Source: an uncultured Muribaculaceae bacterium
Lineage (GTDB): Bacteria; Bacillota_I; Bacilli_A; RF39; UBA660
DNA length: 64,000 nt
Reading direction: 5' to 3'
NCBI GenBank assembly: GCA_964636965.1
Contig: CAZWST010000001.1
Span: 16,302 to 80,301 of the forward strand
Of the stretch, positions 1 through 9,452 are shown piece after piece. The notes under the pieces were generated by a model. The model was not told the DNA's origin. It was given only the letters and a program-made list of their open reading frames with translations, and did no database searches. Position numbers and translations under genes: made by a program. Within the stretch, counting starts at the first letter, position 1, and each line of letters opens with the position of its first letter.

Positions 1-123
1 GTAACTATTGGAATTCTTTTATGGGTTACTGGAATGATTCTTCAAGTTATAGCTAAGAAGAGTAAACAAAACTATGAACTTTATTTAAATGAAATAAAGA
101 TGATTGAAAACTTAAAAAAATAA
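1..123 (+). CDS. 3' end of a membrane protein CDS (start outside window)
   Basis: Open frame from window edge, hydrophobic VTIGILLWVTGMILQVIA, stop TAA 121-123, hairpin terminator follows. Confidence 0.4.
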   Translation, partial: VTIGILLWVTGMILQVIAKKSKQNYELYLNEIKMIENLKK

Positions 124-132
124 GATAAAATA

Positions 133-160
133 AAAAAGGATTTTTAAAAAATCCTTTTTT
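133..160. terminator. Bidirectional rho-independent terminator
   Basis: AAAAAGGAT / ATCCTTTTT stem flanked by A and T runs between convergent genes. Confidence 0.7.
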
Positions 161-166
161 TATTTG

Positions 167-841
167 TTATAGTGTTAATCTGGCATTAGATTCTTCTAAG
201 CCTGTATTTTTTTCTTCTTCTAAACCTTGATTTAAGAATTCATCAATAGCTGCTATATCAAGAGCACCAGAGAAGTTTTCTTTATCCTCTTCTTTTGCTG
301 CTCCATTTGTATCATCAAGTACTTGAGGTCCAGAAACTATTGTACCAGTTTCTTCAGATGGTACATCAGGTATTACGATATCTTCGATAACTACTGGAGT
401 AACTATTTCTTCAGCTGGTATTGGTATTTCAAGTTCGCCATCTGCTTTTTTTCCTTCGTAATCAGTTATTTTTACTGCAGAAGTATCAATTGGTTGATAA
501 TCATCTTTAAAACTTGTTAATGCTTCTTTAGTACCAACTTCTTCAGCAACATATTCTCCATTATCATCAATAATTAAAGAAATGTTTTTACCACTTTCAT
601 AAGCTGATCTTATAGAGCTAACTTTATTGATTACATAATTAATTCTTTCTAATGCTTCATTCAAATTGTCGTCTCTAAGTCCTGTTCTTACCATTGATTC
701 AACATAAGAAACTTTACCAGACATATTATTTGCAAACTCCTTTGTTTGAATGTATTTTTCTAAGTGATTTGTAAACATATATTTTTCAAACTCTTCAATT
801 GCACTTTGAGCTTCTGCTATAAGATTTGTAACATTTTCCAT
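167..841 (-). CDS. Hypothetical protein, helical N-terminus, acidic Pro/Glu-rich C-terminal half
   Basis: 224-aa ORF, RBS GGAGGA upstream of ATG at 841, no recognisable motif. Confidence 0.7.
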   Translation of the reverse strand: MENVTNLIAEAQSAIEEFEKYMFTNHLEKYIQTKEFANNMSGKVSYVESMVRTGLRDDNLNEALERINYVINKVSSIRSAYESGKNISLIIDDNGEYVAEEVGTKEALTSFKDDYQPIDTSAVKITDYEGKKADGELEIPIPAEEIVTPVVIEDIVIPDVPSEETGTIVSGPQVLDDTNGAAKEEDKENFSGALDIAAIDEFLNQGLEEEKNTGLEESNARLTL

Positions 842-902
842 ATATACATATCCTCCTATAATAAGATTATATTATTATTTTATATTAAAGTAAATGTTTT
901 CT

Positions 903-931
903 TTGACAAATTGACAAAAGAATACTATAAT
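903..931 (+). promoter_or_regulatory. Consensus sigma-70 type promoter
   Basis: TTGACA (903-908), 17-nt spacer, TATAAT (926-931); places transcript start after the ATG at 932. Confidence 0.6.
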
Positions 932-955
932 ATGCCCTACGAAGAAGGGGTTAAT

Positions 956-1774
956 ATGGATTTTGATGCATTAGTTAATCTTAAGCGTATAATTACTAGT
1001 GATATTGTAACTAATACCGATATAATGTTATTAAAATCGGCTATTAATAATAGAAACATAGATATTAATATATCAATTTCTAAAAACTTAGATTTACTTT
1101 CTACATCGGATATAAATAATCAAGAATTTTTGACTTATTTAGGAGAATTTATCGATTGTGATGATGAATTTTTAAATACTCCAATTTATATCTTGTTTTT
1201 ATCACGTAGATGTTTTTATTCTTTAATATATGTATCTCTTTCAAAAGGATTTATGGATGAAGAAGTTTATATAGATATTATCAATCGTTTATTTATTCAA
1301 AAAAATGCCTTAGAGTCTTTAGAAGAAGATTCTGTATTTATTAAAGATATGATATCTAAAAAAGGTAAAATTAGTTTAGGTAATAAAGTTAATAAAGACT
1401 TGTTAATTGAGTATGCTTTAAGAAATATAGATTTCCTAACTTCTTTATCTGATGAGTTATATTCAGTAGTTAATAAAAGCATTATCTTAAAATTATTTTC
1501 TTATGGATATATTAATTTTACGGATATTTATTATTATTCTGGAAATGATTCTCTAATGAAGATTTTTATTTATTCTTTATTGGATATGAAAGATTATTCT
1601 TATTTTCTATCACTTCTTAATGAAAAAAGTATAAGTATTGAAGTAATTCCTTATGTTGAGTCAGCAATATCTGAATATGAAGAAAATAATGAAACCAATA
1701 AAAAAATGATTGAAATAATTTTAAGAAGAATAAAAATTCTTGAAAATAACGTAAACAAAGAGTTAAACCATTAA
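956..1774 (+). CDS. Hypothetical protein
   Basis: ORF track 764..1774, but the upstream part overlaps the minus gene and the promoter; ATG 956 follows RBS GAAGAAGGGG. Confidence 0.65.
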   Translation: MDFDALVNLKRIITSDIVTNTDIMLLKSAINNRNIDINISISKNLDLLSTSDINNQEFLTYLGEFIDCDDEFLNTPIYILFLSRRCFYSLIYVSLSKGFMDEEVYIDIINRLFIQKNALESLEEDSVFIKDMISKKGKISLGNKVNKDLLIEYALRNIDFLTSLSDELYSVVNKSIILKLFSYGYINFTDIYYYSGNDSLMKIFIYSLLDMKDYSYFLSLLNEKSISIEVIPYVESAISEYEENNETNKKMIEIILRRIKILENNVNKELNH

Positions 1775-1800
1775 CAAAATGTTAATGGTTTTATTTTTTT
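1765..1800 (+). terminator. Rho-independent terminator
   Basis: AAACCATTAAC / GTTAATGGTTT stem then T run. Confidence 0.7.
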
Positions 1801-1840
1801 ACACCTATAGTATATGATAAAATTATCATAGGTGACGATT

Positions 1841-1972
1841 ATGGATGATAATGAAATTTCAGAAACATTTGATATATTAGAACAAATGGATGATCTTATT
1901 GCTTCCTTAGAAGACACTAAAGAAGAGGTAACACTTGATTTAAATGATGAGGAGGATAAGACTAATGAGTAG
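1841..1972 (+). CDS. Possible 43-aa highly acidic micro-protein
   Basis: ATG 1841 after RBS AGGTGA; MDDNEISETFDILEQMDDLIASLEDTKEEVTLDLNDEEDKTNE; stop TAG 1970-1972 overlaps the next start at 1965. Confidence 0.35.
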   Translation: MDDNEISETFDILEQMDDLIASLEDTKEEVTLDLNDEEDKTNE

Positions 1973-3401
1973 TATTGAATCTTATAAAGAATTAATCACG
2001 TCTATTAAGTCCATTGGTGTTGATAATGTATCTCCAAAAGATAAACAAGTATTGGTTGACCTTTTAAAAACTTTAAAATATATTGGTGAATTTAGATTAT
2101 TGAAACAATGTTATGATAAAGATAAAACAATAGATAGTCTAGTTCCTTTTATTGATAGTAAATTAATGGATTTAAAATCTAAGTTGAATGCATTAGATGA
2201 AAAGCTTGTTGAAACTGGTGAGTTAAGTGAGTTTGAAAAAATAAAAAATAGAGCTCTTACAGTAACATATAATCGATATGCTGAAATAAAAAAAGCAATT
2301 CAAACTCGTAATTTTGATCACTATGTAGATTTTATGAATAATAACTTAAATAGTGCAACACAGATTATCGCGATATGCTCTAGTGTACTTGATCAAGCTA
2401 ATGTTGATTATGCCAAAAGTTTTATTATAAATGGCAATGATAAAACAGCCGTTGATTTAATATATGATTTAAAGAATATGCCCGCTTTAGCACATGATTT
2501 AACTGTTTATTTTAATAGAAGAAGACATTATACAGTTGATAATGCAGAAAAGGTTCGTGCTGATGAGCAATTCATGGCATATTTAGATATAATAAAAAGT
2601 AATGAACAATTAGTTCGTGATTTTATGGAAGCTGTTCATATTATTGGAACTTCTGAAAATGATAAAGCAGTTGTAGTAAGAGAAAGATTATCTCACAATA
2701 AAACGAGATTAGCTGAGTTAAATAAGAGCTTCTTATCTTCTTTAAAAAATACTAAAGAAATTGCCTATTTAGAGTCAGAAGTAGAGAAAGATGAATTTGA
2801 GTTAAGAAAAATAGTTAGCGCTAAAGAAAAGTTTGGATTTATTTTATCAGAACTTGATAAGATTGGTTTGCGTCCTTTTGCTGATCAATTTGTATCTCCA
2901 ACAGCTAATATAGATGATTCTATTGAGCAAAGAGTAGTTAATTTTGTTAAAACATCAATGAGAAAAGATAGATTTGATATAAGAAGTGTTAAAGCTAAAA
3001 TAGAAGAAGAGATTAGATTATTAAATAGCCAAATAGTTCGTAAAGAAAGTATATTAGATGGATCTTTAAAAAATATAAGTTCTTATGGACAAGAATTAAT
3101 AAAGAAATATCCTGAAGAAACTGAACATATCTTAGATGTAGTAAATGGTAATGTTCAAGGTGAAGTAACTCCTATTTTTGCAGCTTATGCATTAAAAGCC
3201 TTAATGGATTCTAAATCACTTAAAGTTTCATCATTAAATGAAATAGTAAATGCTTATGATCAAAAAGGATTTAGTGCCTTAGTATCTAGTTATGAGGCAA
3301 TAGTTCAAAATACGGCTGTGAATGTTAAAGAAGCTATTGGTGAAGTAACAAGTAGAGCTATTTTTGATACATCATCTTTTGAGCAACTTAAAATTAAGTA
3401 A
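1965..3401 (+). CDS. Hypothetical protein, long helical or coiled-coil-like
   Basis: ORF 1944..3401; ATG 1965 lies 8 nt after GGAGGA; no catalytic motif seen. Confidence 0.7.
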   Translation: MSSIESYKELITSIKSIGVDNVSPKDKQVLVDLLKTLKYIGEFRLLKQCYDKDKTIDSLVPFIDSKLMDLKSKLNALDEKLVETGELSEFEKIKNRALTVTYNRYAEIKKAIQTRNFDHYVDFMNNNLNSATQIIAICSSVLDQANVDYAKSFIINGNDKTAVDLIYDLKNMPALAHDLTVYFNRRRHYTVDNAEKVRADEQFMAYLDIIKSNEQLVRDFMEAVHIIGTSENDKAVVVRERLSHNKTRLAELNKSFLSSLKNTKEIAYLESEVEKDEFELRKIVSAKEKFGFILSELDKIGLRPFADQFVSPTANIDDSIEQRVVNFVKTSMRKDRFDIRSVKAKIEEEIRLLNSQIVRKESILDGSLKNISSYGQELIKKYPEETEHILDVVNGNVQGEVTPIFAAYALKALMDSKSLKVSSLNEIVNAYDQKGFSALVSSYEAIVQNTAVNVKEAIGEVTSRAIFDTSSFEQLKIK

Positions 3402-3423
3402 GAAAAAAATCTTACTTTTTTTA
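3396..3423 (+). terminator. Rho-independent terminator
   Basis: AAGTAAG / CTTACTT stem then T run, overlaps stop codon. Confidence 0.6.
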
Positions 3424-3486
3424 TTACCTTGATTAAGAATTTTGTGATATAATATTATTGAAATTAATTTTGGGGATGGTGTAACT

Positions 3487-3711
3487 ATGCAGAAGAAAAA
3501 TATATATATAGAAAAAAATATTGAAATACTTGATTTAGATAAGCCAATCGTAGATATACTTAAACAAAATGAAATTTTAACTATTGAAAATCTATGGATA
3601 TTAAATAGAAAAAAGTTAAAAGAACTTGGACTTAAAGATAATGAAATAAAGCAGATAACAATTAAATTACAATTGTTAGGACTTGACCTAAATAAAAGAG
3701 TGTATAATTAA
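3487..3711 (+). CDS. Small standalone RNA polymerase alpha C-terminal-domain-like (HhH) protein
   Basis: 74 aa; LDLDKPIVDILKQNEILTIENLWILNRKKLKELGLKDNEIKQITIKLQLLGLDL fits the alpha-CTD pattern; own TGaTATAAT at 3445-3453. Confidence 0.5.
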   Translation: MQKKNIYIEKNIEILDLDKPIVDILKQNEILTIENLWILNRKKLKELGLKDNEIKQITIKLQLLGLDLNKRVYN

Positions 3712-3782
3712 CTCTTTTTTTCTTTTATTGTAAATAAATTAATGATATAATATTCTTATAATAAGGTAATCTAGGTGATTAT

Positions 3783-6143
3783 ATGGAATTAAATAAATTT
3801 AGAAATAGTACTAAGGTTGAATTTAATGAGAATTTAATTGAATCTATTCTTGGGGATTTTATTAAGTCTAATCTTCCTTTTTACAATCAAAGAACTTCTT
3901 TAATGTCTTGTATAGAACTTGACCCTTTTGTTTCGGGAAAAGTAGATGCTTTAGAAAATGAAGAATTCATGAATGAGATGATGCTTAATATGTGTTATGA
4001 TCAGTGTCATGGTAAAGATGAATTTAATAAACTTGATAAGAATAATCAAGTAAAGATGGGTAGTATATTTTATAAGAGAATAAAGAAACAAATATTTGAG
4101 TGCGGTCAAGTAGTTTATGACATGTCTGGTGTTAATCAAGAAGATGATTATAAAGACATGGAACATGAATTTATAATTAAAGTTAATGCAGGAGATTTTA
4201 TTTATGCATTAAATAGCCTTTATAGACATTTACGTGCATGTGGTCTTGATAATATTAGAATAGTTACACCTTCTACAAGATTTATTTGTGCAGGCTATAA
4301 CGCTCCAATTAAGATTAGATGTAACTCAGAACATCTAGAAGAAACATTAAAGTTTTTAGATGAAATGGAAGATGAACTAATCAATATTGTTTTACCTGTT
4401 CATCCAATATATCATGTTTCCTATGCTTGGTATGGTTATGAACAAGTAAGAAGTGATGGGATTACTTCACCTTCGGTTTTAACAAATGCTATATATGATG
4501 CTATAAAAGATGTTGTGGAAGACTATATTAAAGATGACTACCTAATGTCTGATGGTACTTTATGTCGTGAATTTTATCAAGAATATAATAATAAACATGT
4601 AGCTTTGAGAGTATTACTTAATGAAATGTTAACTCAAGATTATGACTATACTTTAAATAGTATTGCTGCTGCAACAGAAATTAAACTTAGTCGTTGGAAT
4701 ATAGATAAAAATGATTGTTTAAGATATGCAGAAGTTAATGAAAAGTTAAATGAATTATTTGGGGAAGTCTTAAGTGATGATGAATATCGTGAGTTAAAAG
4801 CTAAAGAAGCGCTTGAGGCTAAAAAAAACGAATTAAAAGAACAAATAGAGGATAATGATGTCATAAGAAGAATTTCTGATAATACGGGTATAGCCGCAGG
4901 AAATCAAGAAAGAGCCGATTTTGTTAATATGGATTACATGTCCATGCTAGGCGGAGCATTTAATAATGTTTTAAGTGGAGAAAATCCTCAAAGCATTTCT
5001 GATGGTCTAAAAATAATAGAAGATTACAAAGATTTGGAAAGACAAGAAAAAATTGGATTTGATCAAGATTTAATTGGTGATGAACCTGTTAATAGTCAAA
5101 GTAATTTAGAGAGTGTATCAAGAGGAATAGATCTTGCAATAAAAGCTATAGAAGAAGCTGAACAAAGAGAAATGGAAGCAAACAATAGGTCTTTATCATC
5201 AGATTTAGACTTAATTGATATTTCTGGTGGAGCTACTCCTAAAGTTGATCAAAGTAAGGTTGTTAATATACCTGTTGGAGAATCAAGCAACCTAAATTCT
5301 TTTGCCTCTGGTAAAACTGAAGTTTTAACAGATGATATTGAAACGGTTAAAGGAATTCTTGCAAGTGAAAATAAAGGTGATTCTAAGGGTAAGCCTGAAA
5401 GAGTAAACCCAGATTCTTACTGTTTAGATTATATAACTGAAGACGGTGTTTTAATTCCAGATTTAAAAGATGTATCTTATCGTGGCAATAACTTAGTTGA
5501 AGCTTTAAAAGATGGTGGAAATCAAACTTCACTTGATAATATTAAGGCAATAGCTAGTCATTTTGGATTAACTGACTATGAGGGTACAAAAGAACAAAAT
5601 AATATGTTACTTGATATCTTAAGACACTTAGATAACTATGAAATGGATGGTACCGTTAAAGGTACTGGAGTAAAAGCTTTTGCTTCAAATAATTCAAATA
5701 ATCAAAGTCAAGTTTCAGAAGAGGTAAGTGAACCTCAAAATATTATAATTGAAGATGCTACTAAGAAAGATGAAGAAGAGGCTCCACAAGAACAAATTCA
5801 ATTAACTGTAACTCCTTTAGATATTGAGTATAATGAAAAATTCAGAGATTCATATAAGTATAAGTATTCTCAATATGTTAAGGATACTAAAATACTTGAT
5901 ACCCCTGTTGCTGGTACAGATTATACTGTTTTAGATTACTTTATGCATTTTGATTTATATAGTTACTATAAATCTGATTCAGTATTTGTATTACATGAAG
6001 ATGGTATAAAAGTAAATGGTTTTTATTTCACAATGAATTATTTAATTCCATACTTAACAAACTATGGACCTGAAGATTTAAATGTTATTATGTCTTACTT
6101 TGTTGAAGAAATATTACCTCCGGAAAAACAACCAAAGAGATAA
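3783..6143 (+). CDS. Large hypothetical protein (786 aa) with central acidic, probably disordered region
   Basis: Long ORF with RBS AGGTGA; no recognised motif. Confidence 0.7.
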   Translation: MELNKFRNSTKVEFNENLIESILGDFIKSNLPFYNQRTSLMSCIELDPFVSGKVDALENEEFMNEMMLNMCYDQCHGKDEFNKLDKNNQVKMGSIFYKRIKKQIFECGQVVYDMSGVNQEDDYKDMEHEFIIKVNAGDFIYALNSLYRHLRACGLDNIRIVTPSTRFICAGYNAPIKIRCNSEHLEETLKFLDEMEDELINIVLPVHPIYHVSYAWYGYEQVRSDGITSPSVLTNAIYDAIKDVVEDYIKDDYLMSDGTLCREFYQEYNNKHVALRVLLNEMLTQDYDYTLNSIAAATEIKLSRWNIDKNDCLRYAEVNEKLNELFGEVLSDDEYRELKAKEALEAKKNELKEQIEDNDVIRRISDNTGIAAGNQERADFVNMDYMSMLGGAFNNVLSGENPQSISDGLKIIEDYKDLERQEKIGFDQDLIGDEPVNSQSNLESVSRGIDLAIKAIEEAEQREMEANNRSLSSDLDLIDISGGATPKVDQSKVVNIPVGESSNLNSFASGKTEVLTDDIETVKGILASENKGDSKGKPERVNPDSYCLDYITEDGVLIPDLKDVSYRGNNLVEALKDGGNQTSLDNIKAIASHFGLTDYEGTKEQNNMLLDILRHLDNYEMDGTVKGTGVKAFASNNSNNQSQVSEEVSEPQNIIIEDATKKDEEEAPQEQIQLTVTPLDIEYNEKFRDSYKYKYSQYVKDTKILDTPVAGTDYTVLDYFMHFDLYSYYKSDSVFVLHEDGIKVNGFYFTMNYLIPYLTNYGPEDLNVIMSYFVEEILPPEKQPKR

Positions 6144-6166
6144 AAGGATACTTGTATCCTTTTTAT
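6143..6166 (+). terminator. Rho-independent terminator
   Basis: AAAGGATA / TATCCTTT stem then T run. Confidence 0.65.
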
Positions 6167-6193
6167 TATGTTATAATTTTATCAGGTGATATT

Positions 6194-6853
6194 ATGAAGT
6201 ATAAGACAATGGATGAATTATACAAAATATATGATAGAATGCAAAAAAGGTATGGAGATAAGAATTTAAATTCTATTTATAATGGAGGATGTATAGATAA
6301 TCCAGATATTTGTTTTGTTTTTATGAATCCAACTAGAAGGAATATTGCTGCTGATAAAAGTTGGACTGGCCCTAAACATCCTTGGATTGGAACAAAAAAT
6401 ATTTGGACTTTATTTCATGATCTTGATTTAATTGATGATGATATTTTTAAAGAGATTAGAAAGAGAAAAGGAAATGAATGGAATCCGGAGTTTGCAAATT
6501 TGGTATATGACAATGTAAAAAAGCATAAATTTTTTATTACTAATTTAGGAAAATGTACACAAGTAGATGCAAGGGCGTTACCTGATAAAGTATTTTTGGA
6601 ATATAAAAAATATCTAGAATACGAATTTAATATAATAAATCCTAAAGCAATAGTGTTATTTGGTAATCAAGTTAGTTCAATCATGTTAGATGAAAAGATT
6701 TCAGTATCTAATGTTAGAAAGAAAAAGTTTGTAAGAAATATTAATGGGCAAGATTTTAACTTTTATTCAGTTTATTATCCAGTTGGTAATGGTTTTTTTA
6801 ATGTAGATAAAGCAATTGAAGACATCAAGTGGATAATGAGTCAAGCAAAATAA
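6194..6853 (+). CDS. Uracil-DNA glycosylase superfamily protein (atypical motifs)
   Basis: Motif A-like CFVFMNPT, FITNLGKCT (cf family 4 ITNxVKC), motif B region VYYPVGNG; start ATG 6194 after AGGTGA. Confidence 0.6.
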   Translation: MKYKTMDELYKIYDRMQKRYGDKNLNSIYNGGCIDNPDICFVFMNPTRRNIAADKSWTGPKHPWIGTKNIWTLFHDLDLIDDDIFKEIRKRKGNEWNPEFANLVYDNVKKHKFFITNLGKCTQVDARALPDKVFLEYKKYLEYEFNIINPKAIVLFGNQVSSIMLDEKISVSNVRKKKFVRNINGQDFNFYSVYYPVGNGFFNVDKAIEDIKWIMSQAK

Positions 6854-6901
6854 CCAGATTTGTGGTATAATAGCATCATTAATTTTTTAGGGGATGAAGA
6901 T

Positions 6902-7978
6902 ATGACTAATATTAATATAAAGTCTAAAGAAGATTTAGAACTTTTTAATCAAATATTAAATGACAATATAGCAATGTTATTTGGTGATAATGATGTTGTT
7001 ATAAAAAATCTATTTAAAGAAAAAGTAATGGAAAGATTAGAAAGCGTTGAGATACATGGCTGGGACTATAAAGATAATGATATAAATGAATCGGTTCATG
7101 GTTTGACTAAGTTTTCGGATAATGGGTATACCAGTATAAAAATGTATGGATTAGATCACTTTGATGGAGATAAAAAGCATATTGATTTAATATATTCTCA
7201 TGAATTATGGCATGCTTTAATGGTTATTTTTAATCATGTATATGGTTCATCTTTTAAAAGATCTGCCGATTTAGAAGGATATAAATATGATGTAAGCAAT
7301 TATTCGGGATTCTTTAAATGTGATGATGATGGTTATGAACGAACTTCCGGGTATTATATGACGGATAATTTATGTCAGCTACTTGCGTTAGCTATTGTAA
7401 AAAAGAAGAATAATGATGACTTTATCATAGATGATTTATTTAAATATAGTATTGATGATGAATTACTTACATCTCCCGTAGATGATTTAATTACATTCTT
7501 TCAAATGTTTACTTCTGCATTTAGTTTAACTAGTGATGAGTGGATGTCTAAAAACTATCAGCTTCATAAGGGAATACTGGAATCAACTGTTAATAAAACA
7601 AACATTTTACCTAATAATATTTTTATTACAGAAAGTATGAGAAATCCAATAGCTATCATGGATGAATTTAATAAATATGTAACTCATACTTCATATTTAG
7701 CTTTATTATCTCAAATTGATCGTCTTTATGATAAATATCTAAGAGCTGGAGTACTTGATGCAAGAGGTTTTATGCAAGTAACTTCTATATTAAGTGAATT
7801 TGTAAATAAAAGATTATATGATTACGCGATGAAATCATTATTAAGTGAAGATGAGTACAAATCCTTAATTGATAATTTCAATCAATTACGCAAGTCATTT
7901 ATGAAAGAAATTAAGGTGTATAAAGTAACTAATGCCAAGAAAAAGTTCAAAAAAGCAGTAAAAAAGTTATTAAAGTAA
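6902..7978 (+). CDS. Putative zinc metallopeptidase (HExxH)
   Basis: YSHELWHAL motif; otherwise unrecognised; start ATG 6902 after RBS AGGGGA. Confidence 0.45.
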   Translation: MTNINIKSKEDLELFNQILNDNIAMLFGDNDVVIKNLFKEKVMERLESVEIHGWDYKDNDINESVHGLTKFSDNGYTSIKMYGLDHFDGDKKHIDLIYSHELWHALMVIFNHVYGSSFKRSADLEGYKYDVSNYSGFFKCDDDGYERTSGYYMTDNLCQLLALAIVKKKNNDDFIIDDLFKYSIDDELLTSPVDDLITFFQMFTSAFSLTSDEWMSKNYQLHKGILESTVNKTNILPNNIFITESMRNPIAIMDEFNKYVTHTSYLALLSQIDRLYDKYLRAGVLDARGFMQVTSILSEFVNKRLYDYAMKSLLSEDEYKSLIDNFNQLRKSFMKEIKVYKVTNAKKKFKKAVKKLLK

Positions 7979-8008
7979 GAATAATATAAGATTTATTCTT
8001 ATTTTTTT
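7977..8008 (+). terminator. Rho-independent terminator
   Basis: AAGAATAA / TTATTCTT stem then T7. Confidence 0.7.
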
Positions 8009-8033
8009 GATATAATTAAAATAGGTGAATTGT

Positions 8034-9410
8034 ATGGCAAGTATAAGTAATGATTATTTCACTATTCAGTGTAGGGAAGAATATAAACCATATCTTGATA
8101 CTATTTTAGAGATGGTTTCTAAAAAAGGAGAAGAAGTTAGAAGATTTTTTACGTGTTCTGACTATCGACCTGTAAAGGTTACTTTATTTGATGATTTAGA
8201 AGATTTAAAAGATGAAGCAACAAAGACTAAGAAAAGATTTGAAGATTATGCTGAAGGGTCTTTTTCAAATAAAGGTATAGGTGTATATGTAAAAGATACA
8301 TTAAATAATAACAATTTAATTTATGTTGTTAATAGAATTGTTCATCAATACAGCCATATAATATATGCATCAGTTTGTAAGGAAGAAGATGGTCATGCTT
8401 TATGGTTAGATGAAGGTATTGCACAAACATTATCTGGTGAAAGATCATCTTTACAAAATAGTAATGAAAAAAGTAAAAGTGCTTTTTTAAGTAGAATAGT
8501 ATGTCGAAGAAAAGAAATACCTAAACTTGAATATTTAAATACTGAAGGTAATGGTAAATATTCAATTGAGTCACCAAGATATTCTGGCTATTTACTATGT
8601 TATTTTATGGTAAATTATTTATTATCTTCTAAAGTCCCTGGTAATATACCAATTAAAGATGATTATCTATTATTGGATAAATCTATTAATATTTGTGAAA
8701 AACCTGCAGCAATAAAAAAATATGAAGAGAAAAATGTTCCATTAAGAAATAGATATAATTTTAATTTATTATTAACTGATCCAGAGTATAGAAAAAAAGT
8801 AGAAGAAACTTTAGTAGTTAGAACTATTAATTATTTTGGTTCTAATTTAGGTGTTAAAATGTCTTCTGCTTCTTATAGGCATGTTAAAACTCCTCAAGAT
8901 ATACTTGATTATATGTATACTAATTTTGCCTATGGATGGTATGATGAAAAAAATGAACTACATAAAAATCCATTTGATTTTGAAAAGCGATATCGTGTTT
9001 CTTCATTCAAAGAAATATTAAAAACTTCTTATGGAACTAAACTAGAATATGCTAAATTTATTCTAGTTACATTAAAAAGACTTGGTTTTCAAGCTTCGAT
9101 ATTATTTAATGAGAGCATTGATGAACTAGATCATGTTAAATTAGAACCAGCTGTTGTGTATTTAGGTAGAAATAATCAGTTTTATCTTGTATGTGTTCCT
9201 TCTTCTAAATATGAGGGAATTCATAAATTTTCTTCATTTAAAGATTTGTTAAAAGGGTATATTTCTTCGATGGAAGAAGGAGATATACTTTATGAAAGTC
9301 TTGATATACCTGATGGTTTAACTTATCAAGAACTAGTTGATTATGTATCAACTTCAGATAAAATATATGAAGTTCCTAAAAATAATAATAATGATTTAAG
9401 TAAGTGCTAA
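8034..9410 (+). CDS. Two-domain protein: MA-clan peptidase-like N-domain (HQxxH) and transglutaminase-like C-domain lacking the Cys
   Basis: VHQYSH...WLDEGIAQ resembles HExxH...EGxA with Glu replaced by Gln; C-terminal YGTKLEYAKFILVTLKRLGF resembles the GxCxxYA core with Lys in place of Cys. Confidence 0.4.
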   Translation: MASISNDYFTIQCREEYKPYLDTILEMVSKKGEEVRRFFTCSDYRPVKVTLFDDLEDLKDEATKTKKRFEDYAEGSFSNKGIGVYVKDTLNNNNLIYVVNRIVHQYSHIIYASVCKEEDGHALWLDEGIAQTLSGERSSLQNSNEKSKSAFLSRIVCRRKEIPKLEYLNTEGNGKYSIESPRYSGYLLCYFMVNYLLSSKVPGNIPIKDDYLLLDKSINICEKPAAIKKYEEKNVPLRNRYNFNLLLTDPEYRKKVEETLVVRTINYFGSNLGVKMSSASYRHVKTPQDILDYMYTNFAYGWYDEKNELHKNPFDFEKRYRVSSFKEILKTSYGTKLEYAKFILVTLKRLGFQASILFNESIDELDHVKLEPAVVYLGRNNQFYLVCVPSSKYEGIHKFSSFKDLLKGYISSMEEGDILYESLDIPDGLTYQELVDYVSTSDKIYEVPKNNNNDLSKC

Positions 9411-9427
9411 AAAAGCACTTATTTTTA
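9402..9427 (+). terminator. Rho-independent terminator
   Basis: AAGTGCT / AGCACTT stem then T run. Confidence 0.7.
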
Positions 9428-9436
9428 TGGTATAAT
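9428..9436 (+). promoter_or_regulatory. Extended -10 promoter of the four-gene operon
   Basis: TGGTATAAT, 17 nt upstream of ATG 9453, RBS AGGTGA in between. Confidence 0.55.
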
Positions 9437-9452
9437 TTTATTAGGTGATAGT

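Noticed and set aside
323-520. 65-aa plus-strand ORF from the track
   Set aside because: It lies entirely antisense to the better-supported 167..841 gene, has an aromatic-rich low-complexity translation typical of AT-rich antisense frames, and has no RBS.
764-955. N-terminal extension of ORF 764..1774
   Set aside because: It overlaps the minus-strand gene and contains the TTGACA-17-TATAAT promoter. The ATG at 956 has a proper RBS.
3951-4864. Antisense ORFs 3951..4166 and 4646..4864
   Set aside because: They are embedded antisense in the 786-aa gene, with low-complexity translations and no RBS.
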